Shown piece by piece: positions 34,562 to 41,658 of a DNA stretch of 64,000 nucleotides. Each line of letters begins with the position of its first letter. Within the stretch, counting starts at the first letter, position 1. The position numbers and the translations under genes were made by a program. Below the pieces are notes generated by a model. The model worked only from the letters and a program-made list of their open reading frames with translations, was not told where the DNA came from and did no database searches. This DNA is from Methanomassiliicoccales archaeon (GTDB lineage: Archaea; Thermoplasmatota; Thermoplasmata; Methanomassiliicoccales; JAAEEP01): NCBI GenBank assembly GCA_035529155.1, contig DATKXF010000077.1, forward strand, positions 9,131-73,130. Direction: 5' to 3'.

Positions 34562-35140
34562 GTGGATCCAAACGCCATCTCGGCGGTCGCCATAATTCTC
34601 GCGTTCTTGTCGGGAGCGGCCTTCTACTTCAGCTTCGAGAACTGGGAGCTGCTTCTTCCCCTGGCAGCAATTCTGGTTATAGTCAGCGGTTTTTTCGATG
34701 CAATTGACGGAAAGATTGCCAGGCTCGCCGGCAAGGCATCTAAGAAGGGTGATTTCGTCGATCACGTACTGGACCGATACGCCGACGTGTTCATGATCGG
34801 CGGTGTGGCTATAAGTGCATGGTGCAGTCCCTTCGTGGGCATTCTCGCCATAGTCGGTGTGCTGCTGACCAGCTATATGGGAACCCAGGCTCAGGCTCTG
34901 GGAGCAGGCCGCCTTTATGCAGGTCTCCTAGGGAGGGCGGACAGGGTGGTGCTTCTCACCGTGGTCCCACTGATCCAGTGGGCCGTCATGTTCTATACGA
35001 CAGGCTGGTTCACAATCGGCTCGTACACCTTCTCAATAATGGAACTCATGATGGTCTACTTCGCCGTAGTTGGGAACTTCACCGCGGTGCAGCGCGGCGT
35101 CACAGTATGGAAGAGGCTGGGCGAGCAGGATCAATCCTGA
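34562..35140 (+). CDS. CDP-alcohol phosphatidyltransferase (archaeal phospholipid synthase family)
   Basis: 'DAIDGKIARLAGKASKKGDFVDHVLDRYAD' is the D-x2-D-G-x2-A-R...G-x3-D-x3-D motif. Start shown is the first canonical codon (GTG), but homology seems to extend upstream (see findings). Confidence 0.8.
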   Translation: MDPNAISAVAIILAFLSGAAFYFSFENWELLLPLAAILVIVSGFFDAIDGKIARLAGKASKKGDFVDHVLDRYADVFMIGGVAISAWCSPFVGILAIVGVLLTSYMGTQAQALGAGRLYAGLLGRADRVVLLTVVPLIQWAVMFYTTGWFTIGSYTFSIMELMMVYFAVVGNFTAVQRGVTVWKRLGEQDQS

Positions 35141-36201
35141 GTTTCATCCTTCTCTTCAGCCTTGTTCTCCTGCGCATCCTCGGCATCCTGCCTCTTTCTG
35201 GTTTTTATCCTGTAGTAGGTCAGGGGGTGGTTCACCTTGGGATGTCGGCACAGGGAGTCGGCATCAAAGCAGATGCCGTAGCTCTTCATGGTGGAGCACT
35301 CGGGCGGCGTGTACTCGGTGCCAGAGATCTCTCCCGTGATGTGCTCTATCTGGTACCTGCTCTTGGACGGGTCGAAGTCCGGGGATTCGGAGAAGAGTTT
35401 CATGATGTCCTCCGAGGAGAGGCCTATGAAGTTAAGAAAAGAGGTTAGGGCGAATCTTCCGGTGTGCGGTAGGTTCTCGCCGGCCTGGGTCATTGCTACC
35501 AGTCGCTTCATGCAAGGGGGAAACTTGACTATGCTGGCCTTGCCAAAATCCTCCGCCTTGATACGCTCCCGCCAGGTTTCCACCATGACCTTCAGCTTCC
35601 TCCAATACTCCTGGAGAGAGGTCAGGATCTGGTCGTTGACCTCCATGGGGAGCTCTTCCTCCAGCCTATCTTGGAGTGCCTGCTGGAGCACCCTGCAGAA
35701 CTTGGACTTGGAGAGGAAGACGAAACCCTTGAAAAGTTCGTTGTTCACCAGTTTCCACTCCTTGCTTCGTATCCTGGAGGTGAAGCGGAGGTAGTCCGTG
35801 AACCTTATCATGAGGGATCCATCCACGACAACCGCCCTGACATCGAGTTGTTCGGCCACCTGCACGATGAACTCCAGACTCTCCTCCTTGAGGCGACCAT
35901 TCATGGTCACTGCTTCCGCGAGGGCGTATCTTCTGATCAGGAAGGGGTCGGGAACACTTGACACCAGCATCCTTGCGATGGGGTATGAGAGTATTTCCTG
36001 CACCCTCTCGAGTTCCGTGGCCATTGATCTATTCGGGACCTCCCCCGTCTCCAGCGCGTTAAGTACTCTACCCATGCCTCTCTCCCTGGCCTCCTCACAT
36101 GCTCTTCCCTCTAGAAGCTCTTGGATGGACACACCATAAGACCTCACGAACGCGGAAGCCTCCTTCAGGAACGGAAATCTGGCCAGGTTGCGGGCATCCA
36201 T
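35131..36201 (-). CDS. priL: DNA primase large subunit PriL
   Basis: 'FPPCMKRL...NLPHTGRFALTSFL..IG' plus C-terminal Cys residues ('PPECSTMKSYGICF...SLCRHP') for the 4Fe-4S cluster. Confidence 0.85.
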   Translation of the reverse strand: MDARNLARFPFLKEASAFVRSYGVSIQELLEGRACEEARERGMGRVLNALETGEVPNRSMATELERVQEILSYPIARMLVSSVPDPFLIRRYALAEAVTMNGRLKEESLEFIVQVAEQLDVRAVVVDGSLMIRFTDYLRFTSRIRSKEWKLVNNELFKGFVFLSKSKFCRVLQQALQDRLEEELPMEVNDQILTSLQEYWRKLKVMVETWRERIKAEDFGKASIVKFPPCMKRLVAMTQAGENLPHTGRFALTSFLNFIGLSSEDIMKLFSESPDFDPSKSRYQIEHITGEISGTEYTPPECSTMKSYGICFDADSLCRHPKVNHPLTYYRIKTRKRQDAEDAQENKAEEKDETQD

Positions 36202-36227
36202 TAGTCGAAGAATGGTGGCCTAGAATA

Positions 36228-37844
36228 TTAAGCTTCACCGCTGTCGAACCGGAAGCTCAGCATGCTCTCCAGCTCCTCCACCAGGCTCTTGTCCCCTAGA
36301 GCCAGCATAAGATCCTCTTCTCCCTTCAGGGGTCTAGCCCTTACCAATCGCGCGGCTCTCTTCTTTCCTATCCCGGGAAGCGAGTTAAGTGCGGACATGG
36401 GGCAGCTGTTCACCGAAAGCGGATGCTCCACGGCGGTGATTGACCTGTAGCCCCAGCCGACTACGGCCGCATCGAGGAACCCCTCGGTGGCAAGTGGATA
36501 CTCGAAGCCGACCAAAATGGGGTAGGTCCCCACTTGCCTGCCGAAGCTCCGGTTGCCCTCTCTTCTCTCAATGTACACATCCTTGAGAACGGTCCCGATG
36601 GGAACCAGGTGTTCCAGGATGGGGCGGTCCACCTCGTCCCGAACCTTCTCCTTGAACCTGATGAATTGCGACCGCTTTACTCCAGGTCGAAAGCCCCTTC
36701 GTATGCACATCACCTGCCTGATGTTAATTCTCCGAAGAAGGTGACCCCGTTTCAGGACATCCTTCAGGAAATCCAAATTGAGATCTAGCGTTTTAGCGCG
36801 CTCACCATCCAGACCGATGATGAAGTTCAGTCCCGGAAGAAGTCTGGGCAGGCCATTCTCTCCCCTTTCTCCTCCAAGCTCATTCATCATGGCGATAGCG
36901 AACATGACCTGTTCGGGGGTGGCGTTGAGGTTGTTCGCCTCGATAACGGATGGATCTGCACTCTCCATCCCGAATGCAAGTACATTGCCGCTCGAGCAGT
37001 GCCTGACCACGCTCCTCAGCACCTCTCTTGATTCCTCAGGTCTGGTGGCGATGACCGCGGGGTTGGCGTTGTCCAGGTGGAGCACTCGAGGCTTGAGTGA
37101 AGCTATCCTGGAGAGTAGTGAATCCACCGCCTCAGGATTGGGAACGATCTCCCCTCTGGACCGGGAAGCAAGGTAGGACACGAAGCAGGTCTGGCCGCCA
37201 AGTCTGAAGTTGGTAACGCCCAGCTCTCTTAACCTGGCCGCCTCATTAACTATGTCATCCACATCTCTGAACACGGGCTTTCCCTTCAACGGCTCGACGC
37301 AGAATGAGCACCCTCCGCTATCGTAACGCATGCATCCACGGTACGTCTCCACCTCAACGATCAAAGGTTCCGGGAAGTCCGGATGCTGCCTGACAACGCT
37401 TGCACCGAGCAGCAGCCACCTGTTCCACTCGTTCAGGGTTCTCCACCTGTCCGTGATCTCTCCTCTAAGAAGAAGGTCGTGGAGGGCGGCCGCAGCATCC
37501 CTTCTGGCCAGAATTACATCATCACGCATCTCATAGTTCAGGGCTGCGGGCCCTCCGACCATTGCCTGGCCTGCAATACCGTTCAAGATGGAGTTCAGTT
37601 CCTTCTCCGAAGCGGGCATGGATCTCAGGTATCTACCAGGCACTGCGGTGCCCATGTGGAACGCGTACACGTGGGCTCTAGGGATATCAAACCCTTTCCG
37701 GATGTGGTCTATCGAAAGGTAAGTCACTCTGGCTCCTGCGTCCAGGGCAGCCCCGTACATCGCCCTCACCACGGGATGAAGGAAAGGACGAACTCCCAGG
37801 GCAGCTGGTTCGTCCACATATCCATCGATGACCACGACATCCAT
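36228..37844 (-). CDS. radical SAM protein with C-terminal helix-hairpin-helix (COG1031-like)
   Basis: 'ETYRGCMRYDSGGCSFCVEP' cluster region, TIM-barrel-like middle, and C-terminal 'LNSLPGIGKKRAARLVRARP' HhH. Confidence 0.7.
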   Translation of the reverse strand: MDVVVIDGYVDEPAALGVRPFLHPVVRAMYGAALDAGARVTYLSIDHIRKGFDIPRAHVYAFHMGTAVPGRYLRSMPASEKELNSILNGIAGQAMVGGPAALNYEMRDDVILARRDAAAALHDLLLRGEITDRWRTLNEWNRWLLLGASVVRQHPDFPEPLIVEVETYRGCMRYDSGGCSFCVEPLKGKPVFRDVDDIVNEAARLRELGVTNFRLGGQTCFVSYLASRSRGEIVPNPEAVDSLLSRIASLKPRVLHLDNANPAVIATRPEESREVLRSVVRHCSSGNVLAFGMESADPSVIEANNLNATPEQVMFAIAMMNELGGERGENGLPRLLPGLNFIIGLDGERAKTLDLNLDFLKDVLKRGHLLRRINIRQVMCIRRGFRPGVKRSQFIRFKEKVRDEVDRPILEHLVPIGTVLKDVYIERREGNRSFGRQVGTYPILVGFEYPLATEGFLDAAVVGWGYRSITAVEHPLSVNSCPMSALNSLPGIGKKRAARLVRARPLKGEEDLMLALGDKSLVEELESMLSFRFDSGEA

Positions 37845-37991
37845 CTAATCTGACCCATCGAGCTAATGTACCTGGTCATAGAAAAGGGTCTCTCGTCAAT
37901 TATTTATTGTAGGTCGTTCATTAAGTGGAACTACTCATTGGCCGTTGGTCAATATTTATCGTCTCGAAACGACAAAAGGTTTGGTGCATTT

Positions 37992-39338
37992 ATGAGCGCA
38001 GAGAAGCAGAATGTAGATGAATTGCTGAAGAAGGCTTACGAGCCAGCAAGGCTGGCCATGAAGTATCATCCATATTACGGGGGCAAGATCGAGGTCGTCC
38101 CCAAGGCGCCCATACACAGTTTTGACGATTTCGCCATTTGGTACACCCCAGGGGTTGCTGATCCGTGCAAGGCCATCAAGAAGAACATTGAAGAGGTCTA
38201 CAATCACACCTGCAAGTGGAATACCGTAGCGGTCGTAACTGATGGAACCAGGGTCCTGGGCCTCGGAGATATCGGACCGGAGGCCAGCCTCCCGGTTATG
38301 GAAGGGAAGTGCATGCTCTTCAAGTACTTGGGAGGGGTGGACGCCGTTCCGATCTGTCTGGACACCAAAGATCCTGACAAGATCATTGAGACGGTCAAGC
38401 TGCTTCAGCCAGCCTTTGGTGGCATAAACCTGGAGGACATCTCCCATCCCAAGTGCTTCAGGATCTTGGACACTCTCAGGGAAGAGGCGAGGATACCCGT
38501 ATGGCATGATGACCAGCAGGGCACCGCGACCATCATGTTGGCCGGGCTCATAAACGCCCTCAAGATCGTCGGAAAGAAACTGGACGAGGCTACCTTCGCC
38601 ATGCTCGGGGCCGGAGCGGCAGGGATCGCCATCTCCAGGGTCATGCACGCCGCGGGCGTTCCCTACAAGAACATCTTCATGTGCGACTCCACGGGCCTAC
38701 TCCACCCTGGCCGGGAGGAGCTTCGAGAGAAGTACCCCCAGAAGTGGTTCATGGCCCAGAACTCCAACGGAGAGGGCAGGGAGGGCGGTTCTGCCGAAGC
38801 CATGAAGGGCGTGGATGTGGTCATCGCCGCCTCGAAGCCTGGGCCAGACACCATCAAGAAGGAGTGGATCACCAATATGGCCGACGATTCGATCGTGTTT
38901 GCAACGGCGAACCCCATCCCAGAAATATGGCCTTGGGACGCCAAGGAAGCGGGCGCGAGGATCGTAGCTACGGGAAGGTCGGACTTCCCCAACCAGGTCA
39001 ACAATTCTGTGGGATTCCCCGGCATATTCCGTGGCACCCTTGACGTGAGGGCAAAGACCATCACCGATGAGATGTGCATTGCCGCAGCCCACGAGATCGC
39101 CCAGACCGCTGAGGACAACGGCCTGAGGGATGATTACATCGTACCTGATATGGGTGAGTGGGAGGTCTTCCCGAGGGAGGCCACCGCCGTCGGCATGAAG
39201 GCGATCGAACAGGGCATCGCCCTCAAGACGATGAGCCGTGACGAGCTCTACGAGACCTCGGAGGCCATCATCAGGAGGGCAAGGCAGCAGACGGCGCTTG
39301 CCATGAAGAAGGGTTGCATCAAGCCCTTCCCCAAGTAA
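37992..39338 (+). CDS. NAD(P)-dependent malic enzyme
   Basis: 'YTPGVADPC', 'VVTDGTRVLGLGDIG', 'FGGINLEDI' and 'GAGAAGIA' are malic-enzyme motifs. Start placed at the internal Met (MSAEKQN). Confidence 0.85.
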   Translation: MSAEKQNVDELLKKAYEPARLAMKYHPYYGGKIEVVPKAPIHSFDDFAIWYTPGVADPCKAIKKNIEEVYNHTCKWNTVAVVTDGTRVLGLGDIGPEASLPVMEGKCMLFKYLGGVDAVPICLDTKDPDKIIETVKLLQPAFGGINLEDISHPKCFRILDTLREEARIPVWHDDQQGTATIMLAGLINALKIVGKKLDEATFAMLGAGAAGIAISRVMHAAGVPYKNIFMCDSTGLLHPGREELREKYPQKWFMAQNSNGEGREGGSAEAMKGVDVVIAASKPGPDTIKKEWITNMADDSIVFATANPIPEIWPWDAKEAGARIVATGRSDFPNQVNNSVGFPGIFRGTLDVRAKTITDEMCIAAAHEIAQTAEDNGLRDDYIVPDMGEWEVFPREATAVGMKAIEQGIALKTMSRDELYETSEAIIRRARQQTALAMKKGCIKPFPK

Positions 39339-39354
39339 ACCCCTTCCCACAACC

Positions 39355-39378
39355 CACCTTTTTTTTATTTTTCTCAAT
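39355..39378 (+). terminator. oligo-T terminator after the malic enzyme gene
   Basis: 'CCACCTTTTTTTTTATTTTTCTC' starts 17 nt after the stop codon. Confidence 0.5.
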
Positions 39379-39593
39379 GCAGCCTTGGCTATCTCCACCT
39401 AAGGATTAAATACCAATATTTCAATATGCTTATTATAGCATATCGCTACAAAAGCCAGGTCCCAGGGAGACCACACTATCCCTGATTCCTCCTACGCGTG
39501 TTCCGGGCCCCCTTCCCGGACTCGCCACCATATTTTTTCCAGGGGTCGACCTGGTCTTTAGGCAATCATAAAAAATCTCTGGGTGAGCTCAGA

Positions 39594-39860
39594 TCAGATT
39601 AGCGTAAGAGATAGGGTCTCTACGTTCTGGACGCCCGGTACCTTGCCAAGCGATTCCTCGAGCCTGTCAATGATTCCTTCGGTATCGTCCATTATGAACG
39701 TGACCTCGATCACTTTCAGGCCAAAGGCCAGCGGCTTCACCTCAAGCCCGCTAAGGGTAGCACCATCTGGAACCGCCTTTGGTATAGCGTCCGTGATATT
39801 CTCTATCGGGTATTCCGGATCCTCCGGCATCAGGTTATACGCTGCCGCTACCTTTCCCAT
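39594..39860 (-). CDS. translation elongation factor aEF-1 beta
   Basis: 'MGKVAAAYNLMPEDPE...LAFGLKVIEVTFIMDD..G..D..EE.L..V.GVQ' is typical of aEF-1beta. Length is about 88 aa. Confidence 0.85.
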   Translation of the reverse strand: MGKVAAAYNLMPEDPEYPIENITDAIPKAVPDGATLSGLEVKPLAFGLKVIEVTFIMDDTEGIIDRLEESLGKVPGVQNVETLSLTLI

Positions 39861-39869
39861 TTGAATCAC

Positions 39870-40067
39870 CTATGGTCCTTCGAAACCGCATTCCGGGCAG
39901 AGATAGCTTACACTCTGGTCCCGGCAGTTAGCGCACCTGCCGATCTCCGTATTCCCGCACATTGGGCAGGGGAAGAACGATATGCCTGTGCCGATAAGTC
40001 TAATACCGCATGAACTGCAGATCTTCTCCTTGTCCATGATCTCGCCTGTGGGCGGATACATATTCAT
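39870..40067 (-). CDS. small zinc-ribbon protein (DUF1610/COG2888-like), conserved partner upstream of aEF-1beta
   Basis: Four CxxC pairs: 'CSSCG', 'CPMCG', 'CANCR' and 'CPECG'. The gene abuts the EF-1beta gene. Confidence 0.65.
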   Translation of the reverse strand: MNMYPPTGEIMDKEKICSSCGIRLIGTGISFFPCPMCGNTEIGRCANCRDQSVSYLCPECGFEGP

Positions 40068-40114
40068 GTATATATAACTGCATGGTTTTGACCAGTTTAG
40101 CCATTCTTCACCAT

Positions 40115-40834
40115 CTATGTCTGGAGCACCATCTTCGACTGGCCGTTGGCGACATTGATTTCGTCTATTCTCACCCGACCCTCAGTTATTTCCAGGACAT
40201 TGAACGAAGGGTGCGACCTCCCCTTCAGCCTCCTGGAAGTCGAGGTTCCCGCGGTGACGAAATAAGTGTTCTCCAGCTTCCACACCCACGGAAGGTGCTT
40301 ATGTCCAGAAAGGACGATGTCCAGATCCAACTCTTTGATAAGCTTGAGTACGTCCCCCGAGTCCACGGGTATCTGCCTCTCCCTTCCCGTCCCCGGGATG
40401 GGGATGAGGTGGTGGTGAAGTACGAGCATCCGCCACTTCGCATCCGAGGACAGCCTTTCCCGTATGATCTCGTAGTACTCCCTCCCCACATGTCCATCGT
40501 CGATATCCGGGACGGTGGAATCGACCCCGAAGATCGCAACCTCGCCGTCCTCGTAGAAGGGATACCTGGTGCCGAACACCTCCTCGAAGATTTCGTAGCC
40601 TAGATTCCTGGCGTCGTGATTTCCCGGGACGATGATCTTCTCGTCAACATCGATTCTGTCGACGTAGCGCTTTGCGATGTCCATCTCGTGAAGATGGCCA
40701 TCGTGGGTCAGGTCCCCGGTTATGATCAACAACTCCGGGGAGATATCGTTCACCTTTTCGATCACGATATCGCCCCATTCCTTCACATAGTAGGGGCTGG
40801 TCACATGGAGATCAGAAACATGTACAATTCTCAC
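40115..40834 (-). CDS. calcineurin-like metallophosphoesterase
   Basis: 'VHVSDLH', 'GDLTHDG', 'GNHD' and 'LHHHL' motifs. Confidence 0.8.
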   Translation of the reverse strand: MRIVHVSDLHVTSPYYVKEWGDIVIEKVNDISPELLIITGDLTHDGHLHEMDIAKRYVDRIDVDEKIIVPGNHDARNLGYEIFEEVFGTRYPFYEDGEVAIFGVDSTVPDIDDGHVGREYYEIIRERLSSDAKWRMLVLHHHLIPIPGTGRERQIPVDSGDVLKLIKELDLDIVLSGHKHLPWVWKLENTYFVTAGTSTSRRLKGRSHPSFNVLEITEGRVRIDEINVANGQSKMVLQT

Positions 40835-41067
40835 TCAATCACTTCCATTCCCTCATCGACCTAATGAAAACCAATCTCTTTGTATAGATATTCTATACAT
40901 AGAATTGATTCAGAATGTACTCTAGTCCCGAGTCATTCAAACGAATCGCCCGTTGTAATGATCTGTATAAAATGAAATGCCGTTTTGAGGTTGACGTTGG
41001 CGTCCCGAGCCTATTATTCCCGATTTGACAGTCTCCGTTAGCTTTTCAGGGGGCGGCATGGGCAAAG

Positions 41068-41076
41068 TTTATATAA
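41068..41076 (+). promoter_or_regulatory. TATA-box-like element upstream of tRNA-Lys
   Basis: 'AAAGTTTATATAACAACACTAG' lies 47 nt upstream of the tRNA 5' end. It shares TATAACA..CTAG with the rpoH promoter candidate. Confidence 0.4.
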
Positions 41077-41122
41077 CAACACTAGTTTCCCGTTCTTCCG
41101 CATGCCGACATCAACTTCCAAT

Positions 41123-41258
41123 GGGCCCGTAGCTCAGCTAGGTAGGATGCTTGCTAGCAGGTGTCCCTAGAAAGAGCATCTGGCTTTTAACCAGGTGGTC
41201 CGGGGTTCGAAAAACTCACGAAAGGGCATCGTGTGTATCGGAAATCCCCGCGGGCCCG
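41123..41258 (+). tRNA. tRNA-Lys (anticodon UUU) interrupted by two non-canonical introns (D-loop about 29 nt, T-loop about 33 nt)
   Basis: The exons rebuild a perfect 74-nt cloverleaf: acceptor GGGCCCG/CGGGCCC, D stem GCTC (41132-35)/GAGC (41174-77), anticodon arm TCTGG-CTTTTAA-CCAGG, variable loop TGGTC, and T stem CGGGG (41201-05)/CCCCG (41246-50). Splice-site positions are ambiguous by 1-2 nt. Confidence 0.75.
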
Positions 41259-41316
41259 CTTGGAAAGGCGAGGGAAACGATGGAGCACAACCTTCAAATC
41301 GGTAACAGTCGATGTA

Positions 41317-41325
41317 TTTTTATAA
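41317..41325 (+). promoter_or_regulatory. TATA-box-like element upstream of the rpoH operon
   Basis: 'GTATTTTTATAACACTAGCAC' lies about 65 nt upstream of the rpoH GTG. Confidence 0.4.
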
Positions 41326-41388
41326 CACTAGCACTTAGTAGTCCAGAAGGGCTATTGGTAGGTTGGAAGGGTCCATTCAGCCGGCGAG

Positions 41389-41658
41389 GTGGTATCTGTG
41401 TCTGATATAGGTTTTAATGTCTTAGAGCACGAACTCGTGCCCGAACACTATCTGCTCTCCGAGGAGGAAGCCGGAGAGGTCTTGAGTAGAATGAATTTGA
41501 GCCGGGATCAGCTTCCCAAGATTCGGCATAACGATGCTTGCATCAAGATTCTAGAAAACATTTACGGTCCCATATCGGAAGGCCGAGTAATCAAGGTTGT
41601 AAGGAAGAGCCTGACCGCGGAGCAATTCGTGGCCTACCGTCTGGTCATCAGAGGGTGA
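41389..41658 (+). CDS. rpoH: DNA-directed RNA polymerase subunit H (Rpo5)
   Basis: '[18 protein letters not shown]...LPKI...D...K......G.VIKVVRKS' is typical of RpoH. GTG start (41389 or 41398). Confidence 0.85.
   Translation: MVSVSDIGFNVLEHELVPEHYLLSEEEAGEVLSRMNLSRDQLPKIRHNDACIKILENIYGPISEGRVIKVVRKSLTAEQFVAYRLVIRG

Noticed and set aside
39339-39593. Several short GC hairpins (for example CCGGG-ccccctt-CCCGG, CCAGG-ggtcga-CCTGG) in the convergent gap between the malic enzyme and aEF-1beta genes; considered as a possible small RNA
   Set aside because: I could not build a coherent conserved-looking fold or find C/D or H/ACA box motifs. T-tracts at both ends are adequately explained as terminators of the two convergent genes.
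41538-41654. Upstream extension of the rpoB track ORF into rpoH, and the 84-aa ORF at 41151-41405 over the tRNA-Lys locus
   Set aside because: RpoB homology starts at the GTG at 41655, which overlaps the rpoH stop. The 41151-41405 ORF overlaps a tRNA and its introns and has no protein-like features.
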